Of a DNA stretch of 64,000 nt, positions 38,626 to 49,529 are shown piece by piece (position 1 is the stretch's first letter; every line of letters starts with the position of its first letter). Source of the stretch: Candidatus Hydrogenedentota bacterium (GTDB lineage: Bacteria > Hydrogenedentota > Hydrogenedentia > Hydrogenedentales > JAEUWI01); the NCBI GenBank assembly GCA_034669905.1, contig JAXMOL010000018.1:32001-96000 (forward strand), written 5' to 3'. Below the pieces are notes generated by a model, which did no database searches, was not told the DNA's origin, and was given only the letters and a program-made list of their open reading frames with translations. The position numbers were made by a program, and so were the translations under genes.

Positions 38626-41568
38626 TTATCGTTTCGTCAATACTTCATCGAGATTCAGCAACACATTGCTAACCACGGTCCAGGACGCCAACTCTGCCAC
38701 GTCGACACCCGCAGGAACGGGCCCGAGGGGCTCGGTGGCCATCTTTTGGGCATCTTCCAGGTCGGCCCCGAAATGGGCCTTCTCGCCCGCGATGAGCTGG
38801 GCCACTTGTTCCCGCTCAGCCTCATTCGGAGGACGCGATGCGGCCAGCAAATAGGCGTATTCGATACGGTCGGCTATTTCGGCCGAAGGGGCGTCGCGGA
38901 GAATCCGTCGCGCCATGGCCTGGGCCGCTTCCACATACACCGGGTCGTTCAACGTGACCAGGGCCTGCAAGGGTGTATTGGTGCGGATTCGGCGCACGGT
39001 GCACACTTCACGGGACGGCGCGTCGAAGGCGATCATGGAGGGATAGGGCGATGTACGACGCCAGTACGTGTAAAGTCCCCGGCGGTAGCGATCTTCCCCT
39101 TCGCTCGTGGCCCACTGGTCACCACTGTAGACGATCTGCCAGACGCCATCGGGCTGGGGCGGCTTCACCGAAGGGCCATACATCTTATCGCTCAACAGGC
39201 CACTGACGGCCAGGGCCTGGTCGCGCACCATTTCCGCTTCCAATCGGAAGCGGGGGCCCCGCGAAATCAGCCGGTTGTTCGGGTCGATTTCCAGGCGCGC
39301 TGCATCCAGCGTGGGGGCCTGACGATAGGCCGCCGAGCTCACGATGATGCGGCAGAGCGATTTCATCGACCAGCCCTGTTCCATAAACTCTACCGCCAGC
39401 CAGTCGAGGAGGGGCTGATTCACGGGCAGTTCGCCCTGGGTGCCAAAGTCCTCCATGGTCTCCACGATGCCCGTGCCGAAGAACTGGCCCCAGAAGCGAT
39501 TGACCAGTACACGGGCCGTGAGTGGATTGGCTTCATCCACGAGCCATTGGGCCATACCCAGGCGGTTGCGGGGCGCGTCGTAGGCCATGGGGTGGAAGAC
39601 GGCGGGCATGGCCGGAATGACCTCCTCCGCCGGACTCAAAAAGCTACCCGCTTCCAGGATGCGCGTCGTGCGCTGTTGGTCGGGGGGAAGTTCGCGCAAA
39701 ACGGGAATCTTGGGAACTGCGTCGCTGACCCGTTTCAATTCGGCGCGGATCTGGGCCAGTTGTTCCCGCACGGGGGCCAACTCGGGGGCGATGTGGTCGC
39801 GGTAATAGGTCCGGAGTTCCGCTTCCTGCGCAGCGTCTCGTGCAGCCACATCCAATCGCGCCAGGGCGACGATGGCGGCGGGAAGGCCCTCAAAGCTGCT
39901 TTCATAGGAGAAGGCATAGGCCCCGCCCGCATTCACGATTTTCATGAGGACCTGATTGGTGCCCGGAACGAGGTTCAAGGTGAGCTCATCGGAGCCGGGC
40001 GTGATGCCACGCTTGACCCGGTTGCTGTGGACCTCCACACCGTTGAGCCAGATGCGGATGCCGTCGTTGCTGCCCACCTTGATGGGGTAGGCAAGGCCCT
40101 CGGCCGTGGTAATGGTGCGCCGAAGGTAGGTGTTCGCCACCTCACCCTCCAGGTTATGCACCGTGCCGTCCACCCAATCGGGCCGGGGCTGCCAGGCAAA
40201 CCCTTCTGGCGGCGTGAGATCGGCGCTGGAAGGAATCAGACCACTGTCCGAGTCGTAGGCACTTTCAAAATCTTCTTCCGGCAAGGGGCCGAGGGATTCC
40301 CAATCGCTGGTAATGGGCGTGCCCCCGCCATCGGCGCGCAATGTGTTTTCCCAGGCTTCCTGGCCCGGTGTGCGCTCGGGCAGGGCGTTGTTGAACAGTT
40401 CGCTAACCTGATTCAGCCGCTTGCTGAGGAATTCGATTTCCTGCTGCTGCTCCGGCGTGGGTGCCGGGAGGACCGGCGACTCTTCGGGGAAAAGGTCCGC
40501 GTCCTGGGTCTGATTGAGGAACGCGTAAAACTGATAATACTCCCGGTGGGTGATGGGGTCATACTTGTGGGTGTGGCACTGGGCGCAGGCCATGGTCACG
40601 CCCATCCAACCCGACATGGTCGTATCCACCCGGTCCACGATGGCCGCCGTACGGAATTCCTCGTTGTCCGTGCCGCCTTCGTCATTGGTCATGGTGTTGC
40701 GGTGGAAGGCCGTGGCGAGTTGCTGTTCCAGCGTGGCGTCGGGGAGCATGTCCCCCGCGAGCTGCTCGATGGTGAACTGGTCGAAAGGCATATCGGCATT
40801 GAAGGCATCAATGACCCAGTCGCGATAGCGCCACATGTCCCGGTGCCGATCGGCTTCATAGCCTTTGGTGTCCGCATAGCGCGCAATGTCGAGCCAGACC
40901 CGGGACCACCGTTCGCCATAGCGCGGGGATTCCAGGAGGCCCTCCACGACCTTTTCATAGGCCACGGGACTTGTATCGGCGATGAAGGCTTCCACCGCTT
41001 CCGGGGAAGGGGGCAGGCCGGTGAGGTCCAGGTAGACCCGGCGGATGAGGGTGTACTTGTCGGCTTCCGGTGCGGGGCTGAGCCCGGCGTCTTCCAGGCC
41101 CTTCGCAATGAAAAAGTCGATGGCATTCCGGAGCCAAAGCCGATTGGACGGCTGGGGCAGGGGGGCCTTCTCTGGCGCTACGAAAGACCAGTGCGCTTCA
41201 TAGACCGCCCCTTCATTGACCCACTGCTTTAACTTGGCTACGGTCGCTTCGTCAAGGGCAGGCCCCATTTCCGGTGGGGGCATGCGCTCGTCGGGGTCAT
41301 GAGAAAGGATGCGCTCGAAGAGGAGACCCTGGCTCGCGTCACCCGGCACGATGGCGGCGGTGCCATTTTCCGGGGCATGGGTCGCGCCTTCAAAGGTATC
41401 CAAACGGAGCTTTGCCTGCCGGGCCGCCTCATCGGGACCATGGCACTTGAAGCACTGGTTAGATAAGACGGGACGGATATCGCGGCCGAAAGAAAGGGGC
41501 TCTGCCGGGGCCAGGGTGGCCAGGGCGAGACACGTTACCGGAATCGTAAGACGACTTAAAAAAGACAT
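38626..41568 (-). CDS. Planctomycete cytochrome c + DUF1549 + insert + DUF1553 (PSD1) protein
   Basis: [56 protein letters not shown], final [10 protein letters not shown]. Start MSFL at 41568. Confidence 0.88.
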   Translation of the reverse strand: MSFLSRLTIPVTCLALATLAPAEPLSFGRDIRPVLSNQCFKCHGPDEAARQAKLRLDTFEGATHAPENGTAAIVPGDASQGLLFERILSHDPDERMPPPEMGPALDEATVAKLKQWVNEGAVYEAHWSFVAPEKAPLPQPSNRLWLRNAIDFFIAKGLEDAGLSPAPEADKYTLIRRVYLDLTGLPPSPEAVEAFIADTSPVAYEKVVEGLLESPRYGERWSRVWLDIARYADTKGYEADRHRDMWRYRDWVIDAFNADMPFDQFTIEQLAGDMLPDATLEQQLATAFHRNTMTNDEGGTDNEEFRTAAIVDRVDTTMSGWMGVTMACAQCHTHKYDPITHREYYQFYAFLNQTQDADLFPEESPVLPAPTPEQQQEIEFLSKRLNQVSELFNNALPERTPGQEAWENTLRADGGGTPITSDWESLGPLPEEDFESAYDSDSGLIPSSADLTPPEGFAWQPRPDWVDGTVHNLEGEVANTYLRRTITTAEGLAYPIKVGSNDGIRIWLNGVEVHSNRVKRGITPGSDELTLNLVPGTNQVLMKIVNAGGAYAFSYESSFEGLPAAIVALARLDVAARDAAQEAELRTYYRDHIAPELAPVREQLAQIRAELKRVSDAVPKIPVLRELPPDQQRTTRILEAGSFLSPAEEVIPAMPAVFHPMAYDAPRNRLGMAQWLVDEANPLTARVLVNRFWGQFFGTGIVETMEDFGTQGELPVNQPLLDWLAVEFMEQGWSMKSLCRIIVSSAAYRQAPTLDAARLEIDPNNRLISRGPRFRLEAEMVRDQALAVSGLLSDKMYGPSVKPPQPDGVWQIVYSGDQWATSEGEDRYRRGLYTYWRRTSPYPSMIAFDAPSREVCTVRRIRTNTPLQALVTLNDPVYVEAAQAMARRILRDAPSAEIADRIEYAYLLAASRPPNEAEREQVAQLIAGEKAHFGADLEDAQKMATEPLGPVPAGVDVAELASWTVVSNVLLNLDEVLTKR

Positions 41569-41867
41569 GGGGGTACAACCTTGCATCATGCGGCCCGGGA
41601 AGGGCTGCGCCATGGGATCAGAGTACACAAGGATGTACATAAAAGTAAACGTGGGACAGGGGGGGATTTTCACGCTTTTTATGGCGATGCCCATTGGCTA
41701 CGCCTGTGGCATCGTGGGCATTCCTCCTGCTGGACCCGTCACGGAGCGTACCCGTATTCCTTCAAGAATGGATTCCTTCCTTTCGCGTTGCGTCCACGAG
41801 CCACATTAGTCTAATGTCGGGTATTATAATGTAACAACCAAGACCCTCACGGGGTGAGACTCCAATC

Positions 41868-42218
41868 ATGGCAAAACACCGCATTTACACGACCAGCTTC
41901 GCAAGCGTCTATCCCCATTATGTCACCAAGGCCGAGAAAAAGGGACGAACGAAGGCGGAAGTTGATGAAATCATTCGTTGGCTGACGGGATACAGCCACG
42001 CGGCATTGGAAGCTCTCCTCGAAGAAAAGCGGGATTTTGAACACTTCTTCGTAGAAGCACCTCAATTGAATCCAGCGCGTACGCTTATAAAAGGGGTGGT
42101 CTGTGGTGTTCGCGTGGAAGACGTGGCAGAGCCCACCATGCGGGAAATTCGCTACCTGGACAAACTTATCGACGAGCTGGCCAAGGGAAAGGCCATGGAG
42201 AAGATACTGCGGGCGTAG
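41868..42218 (+). CDS. DUF2200 family protein
   Basis: [32 protein letters not shown]...[11 protein letters not shown]...[22 protein letters not shown]. Confidence 0.9.
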   Translation: MAKHRIYTTSFASVYPHYVTKAEKKGRTKAEVDEIIRWLTGYSHAALEALLEEKRDFEHFFVEAPQLNPARTLIKGVVCGVRVEDVAEPTMREIRYLDKLIDELAKGKAMEKILRA

Positions 42219-42290
42219 GGTTGCGGAGCGGGAGACGAGCGCGTCACCAAGGCGGAAAACAATGGTCTCATGCAGTGTAAGAAAAACCGA

Positions 42291-42583
42291 TGGTCGTGCC
42301 GCGCGATCTTCGCCATACGAGTCTAGACGAGTTTGGTGAAGTTCGTGCGCATGGACCTTATCCGTCGTGAGAACGCTCGAGGTACGTCTCTAAACGATAA
42401 CCGCAGCGACCTCATGGTATGGGAAGTACAACCGATGGCCTCCAATCTTTCAATGTATTCCCGGCGAAGTAGTGACTGGCCACCAACGTATTCGGAGCTC
42501 AACCGCCATCGTGCACGCTCCACACGCACGAACTCGTCAGGACTCGTTGAAACTCGCCTTTTTGGGATCGCGCGGCACGACCA
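42291..42583. mobile_element. MITE-like element with 65-bp imperfect terminal inverted repeats
   Basis: Arms 42291-42355 and 42519-42583 align without gaps at 46/65; the outer 18 bp (TGGTCGTGCCGCGCGATC) are perfect; TG...CA ends. Confidence 0.6.
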
Positions 42584-42715
42584 CGCGATTCTCGCTTATG
42601 GCTCGTTCCCACGCTCCGCGTCGTAAACGTTGAATCGCTGCCCAAGCGTTAAATTCGCCCTTCGTATATGCCATAGTACGACAAGTCCTTTTTAACCCAG
42701 GAGTAAGCGAAACCG

Positions 42716-44287
42716 ATGCGCACGCGATACGTTGCACTTATGTTGACCCTCGTCACTATGGCGAGCTTTTCCGCCGCCCACGCCGAACGTCCCAACATCC
42801 TCTTCGCCATTGCGGACGACGCGTCCTTTCCCCACATGGGGGCCTACGGTACCGACTGGGTCAAGACGCCCGCCTTCGACCGGGTGGCCGAGGAGGGCAT
42901 CCTTTTCACGCGGGCCTATACGCCCAACGCCAAATGTGCCCCGTCCCGCTCCTGCATTATCACCGGACGCAATCCCTGGCAGCTCGAGAGCGCGGTGAAC
43001 CACGTGGCGCCCTTCCCGGAGCAGTTCCTCTCCTACGCCGAGGCCCTCGCCGCGAACGGCTATGCCGTCGCCTCCACCGGAAAAGGCTGGGGTCCGGGTG
43101 ACGCGGGCATGCGCGACGGGAAGAAGCGCCAACTGGTGGGGACGCCCTTCAACCAAAAAAAACTCGACCCGCCCACCTCGGGAATCAGCCGAATCGACTA
43201 CGCCGGAAATTTCACGGAATTTCTTGACACCAATACAGAAGGCGCGCCCTGGTGTTTCTGGTACGGGGGCTACGAGCCCCACCGGCGCTATGAATACGAG
43301 TCGGGCGTGAAGAAGGGCGGAAAGCAGCTCTCGGACATCTCGACCGTGCCTTCCTTCTGGCCCGATGATGACATCATCCGCAACGATATGCTGGACTACG
43401 CCTATGAGATCGAATACTTCGACCACCACCTCCAGCGGATGCTCGCCGAGTTGGAAGCCCGGGGGGAGTTGGACAACACCCTCGTTATCGTGACGGCGGA
43501 CAATGGCATGCCCTTCCCCCGCATCAAGGGCCAGGAATACGAGCTCTCCAACCACCTGCCCCTGGCCATCATGTGGAAAGGGGGCATCGTCGCACCCGGT
43601 CGCGTCATCGACGACTTCATCAACTTCATCGACTTCGCACCCACCTTTCTCGAGGTGGCCGGTGTAGCGCCCGAAGCATCCGGCATGGCACCCATGACGG
43701 GAAAGAGCCTCCTGCCCCTGTTTGCCTCCAAGGTATCGGGCATTACGGATTCCAGCCGCGACCACGTACTTATTGGCAAAGAGCGCCACGACGTGGGCCG
43801 TCCCCATGACGGGGGCTATCCCATTCGGGGCATCGTAAAGGGCGATTTGCTCTACCTCCACAATTTCGAAACGGACCGGTGGCCCGCAGGTAACCCCGAG
43901 ACGGGCTATCTCAACTGCGACGGCGGCGCGACGAAGACCCGTATCCTCGACCTGCGCCGTGGGGGAGAGCGGGAGGACTTCTGGCAGTGGTCTTTCGGAA
44001 AGCGTCCGGCAGAGGAACTCTACGACGTGGTGGCCGACCCGGGTTGTATGAAGAACCTTGCGGAGTTGCCCGCCTATCAGAAGAAGAAGGCCGCGCTGAA
44101 GACCCAGCTCCTGGCGGAACTGAAGGCCGAGGGCGACCCGCGCATGCTGGGGAACGCCGCCTACTTCGATGGAATCCCCTACGTCGATCCCCGAACCACA
44201 GGATTCTACGAGCGCTTCATGGCGGGAGAAAAACTCAAGGCCGGATGGGTAAATGAGACGGATTTTGAGTCGGGGCCGCTGGACTGA
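42716..44287 (+). CDS. Sulfatase (N-sulfoglucosamine sulfohydrolase-like)
   Basis: Signal peptide; [40 protein letters not shown]. Confidence 0.9.
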   Translation: MRTRYVALMLTLVTMASFSAAHAERPNILFAIADDASFPHMGAYGTDWVKTPAFDRVAEEGILFTRAYTPNAKCAPSRSCIITGRNPWQLESAVNHVAPFPEQFLSYAEALAANGYAVASTGKGWGPGDAGMRDGKKRQLVGTPFNQKKLDPPTSGISRIDYAGNFTEFLDTNTEGAPWCFWYGGYEPHRRYEYESGVKKGGKQLSDISTVPSFWPDDDIIRNDMLDYAYEIEYFDHHLQRMLAELEARGELDNTLVIVTADNGMPFPRIKGQEYELSNHLPLAIMWKGGIVAPGRVIDDFINFIDFAPTFLEVAGVAPEASGMAPMTGKSLLPLFASKVSGITDSSRDHVLIGKERHDVGRPHDGGYPIRGIVKGDLLYLHNFETDRWPAGNPETGYLNCDGGATKTRILDLRRGGEREDFWQWSFGKRPAEELYDVVADPGCMKNLAELPAYQKKKAALKTQLLAELKAEGDPRMLGNAAYFDGIPYVDPRTTGFYERFMAGEKLKAGWVNETDFESGPLD

Positions 44288-44426
44288 GGTTTGCGCGATT
44301 TAAGAGCGTGATGGTTAAGGGGGTGCCACCCTGGAGACGCAGAATACGTTGCCAAGTGAATAGATTCTGACTGTAACCGGTAGTATCCCCATGGGAAGTA
44401 ACAACACAACCTGGGAGCAATCGGCA

Positions 44427-44909
44427 ATGCGGTTCAAAATTAAAGAAAAATTTTGGGCATTCGGAAACGACTTCTACATCCTCGACGAGGCAGGCCAACC
44501 CGTCTATAAGGTAGACGGAAAGGCATTCTCGTGGGGAGACAAGCTCTCTTTCCAGGACCGGACAGGTAAGGAACTCGCCTATATTTCCCAGCGCCTGTTG
44601 ACCATCATGCCCAAATACTCCATCTACCGGGAGGGCAATCTCTTTGCCGAGGTCAAAAAAGAATTCACCTGGTTCCGCAAGCAATTCACCCTGGATGTGC
44701 CCGGGCCCAATGACTACACCATCGACGGGAGCTTCTGGGAGCACGAGTACACCTTCAAGCGGCGGGGGCGCACTGTGGCAGTCGTGTCCCGCAGCTTCTT
44801 TTCCCTCACCGATACCTACGGCGTAGAAATTTCCGACGGCGAAGACCACATCTCTATCCTCGCCACCTGCATCGTCATCGACCAGGTGCTCCACGACGAA
44901 AAGGAGTAG
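44427..44909 (+). CDS. LURP-one-related / scramblase-like protein
   Basis: MRFKIKEKFWAFGNDFYILDE...VDGKAFSWG...GSFWEHEY...FSLTDTYGVEI...ILATCIVID. Confidence 0.85.
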   Translation: MRFKIKEKFWAFGNDFYILDEAGQPVYKVDGKAFSWGDKLSFQDRTGKELAYISQRLLTIMPKYSIYREGNLFAEVKKEFTWFRKQFTLDVPGPNDYTIDGSFWEHEYTFKRRGRTVAVVSRSFFSLTDTYGVEISDGEDHISILATCIVIDQVLHDEKE

Positions 44910-44915
44910 TGGTCT

Positions 44916-47900
44916 CTACGACGCGGCCAGGCAAACCCCATCTTCGGAGCCGGTGCAAAACTCATAGCCGCCCACATTGAAGATCTGAATCATCCGGAGC
45001 ATCTCGGTGAGATTGAAGGTCCAGTCCTGGGGACTATAGTCGCCCTGATGGACGTCACAGGCTTCATCGCTGCCATTGGGAAGGAATCCATCTTCGGTGC
45101 CGTTCATACAGCCAAAGCGGTCGCTGTTGAAGAGCTGGATGACGCGGAGCAACTCCGAGAGGGAGAGGGCATGATCTTCGTTCGTGTCCGCATGATGAAA
45201 TTCCGCCTCGCCTTCCCCTTCGCCTTCACCACCCACCACGCTGTCCGGGTCGGCGGGGTCCGACCCGGCGAGCACTTCGTCGTAGTCGTAATGGGTGTCG
45301 CCGTCCCGGTCCAGGGCTATCCGCGTTCCCGTGCCTTCCGGTACGATGGTAAAGACAATGGCCGTGTCCGCATCAACCGCTTCGAGGAGGTCGCCCGTCG
45401 AAATCACCGTGTCCGCAGTGTCGCGGTCAAACAGGCCGTTGCCCCGATAGCGGACGCCCCGTAAGGCGCCTTCCTGCTGGAAGTGCCCCACCAACTCGAT
45501 GCGATTCGACGCGGCCACCAGTCCTGTAAAGGTGTCGAGGTTACTCAGGTCGGTGCTGTCCGATTCCAGAAGGGTTTGTTGGCCTACCGCCGCATGGACA
45601 TCGGCACTGGGTTCCCCCTCAATATCCAGGAAGCTCAGCGAAGGTGGATTGGGATCCGGCGGGAAGTCCGAGCCAGAAAAGGCGAGCATGAGGGCCACCA
45701 GATTGGCCAACTCTTGCGCTGTCGCGGTGTTGAAGGCTTCTTCGGAAAGAAAGCGTTCTATCGTATCGACGCTGCCATCATGCAAGAAACCGAAACCGGC
45801 CAGGCTGGTGGTGTCCAACATATTCATTCCCACCTTTTCATACATATTACGAAGCTGGGCCACCTTGATGGAGCGGTTGGTGGAGCCGTCGATGCTAACC
45901 AGCATGAGATGCTTTTCGCCGCGGGGCCCATCGGGAATGGTTTCCTCCGTGAAGCCGTTCAGTCGCACGTTTGGCCCGTTACCACTCGGCAGGGAATGGC
46001 AGCTCACGCAAGAAACCAACCCGCTGTCGATGCGGCGGTCATGATCGCGATACAGGTTCAGACCCGCCCGGGCGTTGCCATTGGGGAGGGGGGTACCAGC
46101 GGGCACATCCATGGTGCGCGTGGTCGTGTGTCCGGGCAGGGGCAAGGAGGTCGGCAGGCTGTTGTCGAGGTTGCGGAAGGGATTGGGCGGAAAATGGATG
46201 GTTTCCAGAAAGTCCTCAAACTCCTGCATCTCCGACGGGGTGAGCTGAACATCATCCCCCTGCAACCCTTCAAAGGCTGGATTGAAATCTTCCAGGCCCA
46301 GGCGGTCGCCCCGCCAGTGGAAGGGCTCCTGACCGATGATGCCCTGAAAGGTCTGGGTACTCATAGGGCCCTTCATCGGATGATAGGGCTCAAAATCCTC
46401 ATTCAGTTCCGGGATGTTGCCGCCCAGATTGCGATCCGTCAGGGGCGCAATTTCTCCGGTCGGGTCACCCAGGTCCCACGAGAGCCGGTCCATCCGGCCA
46501 TCCACGTGGCAGGAAGCGCAGGCGATTTGGCCCAGCCCCGAATTCTTGTGGGTGTCGTAGAGGTGCTTGCGTCCCACCTTGATGACCTCGGGGGTGGGGT
46601 CGAAAAAGGGAATACGTGCAGTCTCCGACTCGGTCGCCACGTCCACCACCGACAGGGCGCCTTCAAAGCGATTGAGCACGTAGAGCTGGCCCCGCGCCTC
46701 GTCGAGGGCAAGCCCTGTCGGACCTTCACCCAGTTCCACCGTATCGTTCAGCCCGGCACGGTTGCCGTTGGCATCCACGACGATGAGATTGTTGGAGCCC
46801 ATGCCCGTGATGTAGGCCTTCGTGCCCGCAGCGTTCCATACGATGCCGCGGGGATCGCCGATAGACCGATTGCGTTGTGCTTGTGAGATCCGTGGATTCG
46901 CATAGTTGTTGACGTGTGCCTGGTTAAGGTCGGTGTTCACATCGGCGCTCAGGCTCCCGGAGTCGGCCGAAGCAAACTGGACGCGGAGAAAGGTCCCGTT
47001 GATCACCGGCTCAAAGCGGACCTCGTTTGTGCCATCCGTGCCGATCACGGTGGGGTTGCCCGTCACCGGGTTGACCGCGAGGTCCATGCAGATATTCATG
47101 AGACCATCGATATAGTCCACCGTCCGATTGTCCGCATGGATCACCGCCACATCGTGATCCGTCAGAGTCCAGCCGACGGGGCGCCCGGAGGCGGCGGCTT
47201 GGGGCCCACTGATAAATGTGGTCCAATCGGAACCCGTGTCGTCGCGCCAGAACCCGTCCTCATCCTGCTTCACGATGAGGCCTACCTTCGGCGGAGTGCC
47301 GTTGCCGGGATTCTTCGGTGGGAAGAAACCGCTGCCATTGTTGGGGGGCGGATTCACCACGCCATGGGGGGTACTGGCATCGTCCACCACGTTGGGGGGG
47401 AAGCTGATGGTCCCCGAACCCGCAGCGCCACCGCCGAGGAGGGTACTCCGATTACCGGACTCGAAGACCGCCACGTATACGTATGCGCCATCCGGACTGA
47501 CGGCCATCGCACGGGGATCTTCGCCTGCAATCGGAAGGGTGCCCAACAGGACGTGGGTGGTGGCGTTATAGACCTGTACCGTGTTCACCTGCGAACAGGA
47601 GACGAAGGCCTCGCCGTTGGAACCGGCAAAGACCACGTCGGCGGGCTCGTCAGCGGTATGGATGAGTGCCGTCACCGCGCCGTTCGTGACATCCACCACG
47701 GACACCGTGTCGGATACATGATTCACGACCCAGGCCTCGGTGTCGGTACGGAAGCGGACCGACACGGGGTCCAGCCCTACGGGGATGGTGTGGCGCAGGA
47801 TGGGCGTGCCACTGCTGAGCGCGTAGATCATGATCCGGTTGTCCGGAAGATTGCAGACGGCAAGAAGCTCCCCGGACGGACTCAGAGAAACGGGGTGGAC

Positions 47901-48023
47901 CGGCGGCGTTTCAAAATTGACGAAGTCGTCCTGTGCGGCCACGGCGTGGCATAAGCCCGCCAACAGCAGCACGGCCCCGCACCCAAGACATCGCCCACTC
48001 CCCAAGCCCATCGTGTCGCGCAT
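44916..48023 (-). CDS. Secreted YVTN/YncE beta-propeller + di-heme cytochrome c domain protein with C-terminal GEGE/EF-hand-like module
   Basis: IPVGLDPVSV/GEGPTGLALD propeller repeats, CASCH and CVSCH heme motifs, GFLHDGS; tail GEGEGEGE...ADTNEDHALSLSELLRVIQLFN...DWTFNLTEMLRMIQIFN. Confidence 0.75.
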   Translation of the reverse strand: MRDTMGLGSGRCLGCGAVLLLAGLCHAVAAQDDFVNFETPPVHPVSLSPSGELLAVCNLPDNRIMIYALSSGTPILRHTIPVGLDPVSVRFRTDTEAWVVNHVSDTVSVVDVTNGAVTALIHTADEPADVVFAGSNGEAFVSCSQVNTVQVYNATTHVLLGTLPIAGEDPRAMAVSPDGAYVYVAVFESGNRSTLLGGGAAGSGTISFPPNVVDDASTPHGVVNPPPNNGSGFFPPKNPGNGTPPKVGLIVKQDEDGFWRDDTGSDWTTFISGPQAAASGRPVGWTLTDHDVAVIHADNRTVDYIDGLMNICMDLAVNPVTGNPTVIGTDGTNEVRFEPVINGTFLRVQFASADSGSLSADVNTDLNQAHVNNYANPRISQAQRNRSIGDPRGIVWNAAGTKAYITGMGSNNLIVVDANGNRAGLNDTVELGEGPTGLALDEARGQLYVLNRFEGALSVVDVATESETARIPFFDPTPEVIKVGRKHLYDTHKNSGLGQIACASCHVDGRMDRLSWDLGDPTGEIAPLTDRNLGGNIPELNEDFEPYHPMKGPMSTQTFQGIIGQEPFHWRGDRLGLEDFNPAFEGLQGDDVQLTPSEMQEFEDFLETIHFPPNPFRNLDNSLPTSLPLPGHTTTRTMDVPAGTPLPNGNARAGLNLYRDHDRRIDSGLVSCVSCHSLPSGNGPNVRLNGFTEETIPDGPRGEKHLMLVSIDGSTNRSIKVAQLRNMYEKVGMNMLDTTSLAGFGFLHDGSVDTIERFLSEEAFNTATAQELANLVALMLAFSGSDFPPDPNPPSLSFLDIEGEPSADVHAAVGQQTLLESDSTDLSNLDTFTGLVAASNRIELVGHFQQEGALRGVRYRGNGLFDRDTADTVISTGDLLEAVDADTAIVFTIVPEGTGTRIALDRDGDTHYDYDEVLAGSDPADPDSVVGGEGEGEGEAEFHHADTNEDHALSLSELLRVIQLFNSDRFGCMNGTEDGFLPNGSDEACDVHQGDYSPQDWTFNLTEMLRMIQIFNVGGYEFCTGSEDGVCLAAS

Positions 48024-48161
48024 TCAGATTCCCTTTCTGAAGCCAGGGGGCCTCCATCGCAAAGCCAGTTGACCGGCGTCGGGACGGTCGGAAAAATTCC
48101 ACCCACCCTTACGACCTCAGCATAGGGAAAGTATTCGATTTTTTCAAACCGAGACAGTTGG

Positions 48162-49259
48162 CTACTTTTTCAGAATGCCCCCACGGCCGCTGCTGATGTA
48201 GATGCCCTGAAGATTCATCCGAAGTTCTTCCGGATTGTCCGAATAGGCGTAGGCGGTTTCCTCTTTGATGAGCCCACTCTTAATCAGGCCTGCCAGGCTC
48301 ATGTTAAAGGTCTGCATGCCGTCTTCTTTGCCCCCCACAATGGCCGTGGGCAATTGCTTGATGTTGTTCTCGCGAATCAATGCCGCAATGCCGGGATTGG
48401 AAAACATGAGTTCGATGGCCGGAACCCGACCTTTGCCATCGGCGGAAGGGACAAGTCGTTGGGCAATACAGGCACGAATCTGCATGGAAAGCTGGGAACG
48501 AATCTGGTCGTGCATGTTGGAGGGGAACATGTCCATAATGCGGTCTATGGTCAGCATGACGTTGGTGGTGTGCAGGGTACTGAACACCAGGTGTCCCGTT
48601 TCCGCCGCCGAAATGGCTGCCTGAAAGGTCTCCGCATCGCGCATTTCGCCAATCAGGATTACGTCGGGATCTTCACGCATGGCCGCACGGAGGGCCGAGT
48701 AGAAGTCCTTGGTATCGATATTGATTTCACGCTGCGTAATGATACTCTTCTTATTCGAGTGGAGGAATTCGATGGGGTCTTCCAGGGTCACAATGTGAAA
48801 GCGGTTGCGCTGATTGATCCAGTCGATGATGGACGCCAGGGTGGTGGATTTACCACTACCCGTCGTGCCGGTCACCAATACCAGACCGCGGTGCATATCC
48901 GCCACTTCGGTCATGGACGGCGGAAGATTGAGCTCTGCAAAATCGAGGATCTTGCCCTTTACATGGCGCATCACGATGCCCACCGAGCCCCGCTGCATCA
49001 GACAATTCACGCGGAAGCGCCCCAGACCGGCTACTCCGTAGGCCAAATCCGCGTCGCCCTTCTCAACAAAGGCTTCGAATTCCTTCTCCGTCATCATCTC
49101 CGCCGCCATTTCCTGGGTCTCGGTCGGTGAAAGATTCTCCGATTCGATAAAGCGGATTTTGCCGTCAATACGAACGGCAGGGGGGCTGCCCACCGTGAGG
49201 TGTACATCAGAGGCACCATTTTTAACTGCGTAACTGAGAATCTTGTGAAGCGTTGCCAT
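48162..49259 (-). CDS. pilT: Type IV pilus retraction ATPase PilT/PilU family
   Basis: ASDVHL, GRFRVN, Walker A GTTGSGKSTT, TLEDPIEF, REDPDVILIGEMRD, AAETGHLVFSTLHT, GMQTFN. Start MATL at 49259. Confidence 0.88.
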   Translation of the reverse strand: MATLHKILSYAVKNGASDVHLTVGSPPAVRIDGKIRFIESENLSPTETQEMAAEMMTEKEFEAFVEKGDADLAYGVAGLGRFRVNCLMQRGSVGIVMRHVKGKILDFAELNLPPSMTEVADMHRGLVLVTGTTGSGKSTTLASIIDWINQRNRFHIVTLEDPIEFLHSNKKSIITQREINIDTKDFYSALRAAMREDPDVILIGEMRDAETFQAAISAAETGHLVFSTLHTTNVMLTIDRIMDMFPSNMHDQIRSQLSMQIRACIAQRLVPSADGKGRVPAIELMFSNPGIAALIRENNIKQLPTAIVGGKEDGMQTFNMSLAGLIKSGLIKEETAYAYSDNPEELRMNLQGIYISSGRGGILKK

Positions 49260-49332
49260 GACCGACTCCTGGTAGGGGCAGAATTGCAGCTTGTGGCCAA
49301 ACCACGTATCCATAAATCATTGCTATGGTTTT

Positions 49333-49361
49333 ACGTTAAACTGTGTTGGCGTAAATGTCAA
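49333..49361 (-). promoter_or_regulatory. sigma70-type promoter for pilT
   Basis: TTGACA-17 nt-TAACGT on the minus strand. Confidence 0.6.
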
Positions 49362-49529
49362 TGCATTTTTTGAAACCGTGAAAATTTCGCTCTCAGCAGG
49401 GACCAGGCCTGCGTTTTGTGTTTCGCGGCTCGGATGGCAGGGTAGGGCCCCCTTCCCCCAATGCGCTTGAAACGTATTACAATCTACTATACCCTAGGGA
49501 TGTCATTTTGTTCACCTTACGGGGGGGTC

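Noticed and set aside
38746..41232. Long antisense ORFs (also 11556-13166, 36312-37736, 45483-46886, 30706-32022)
   Set aside because: They are shadow frames of well-supported genes in GC-rich DNA and show no protein motifs.
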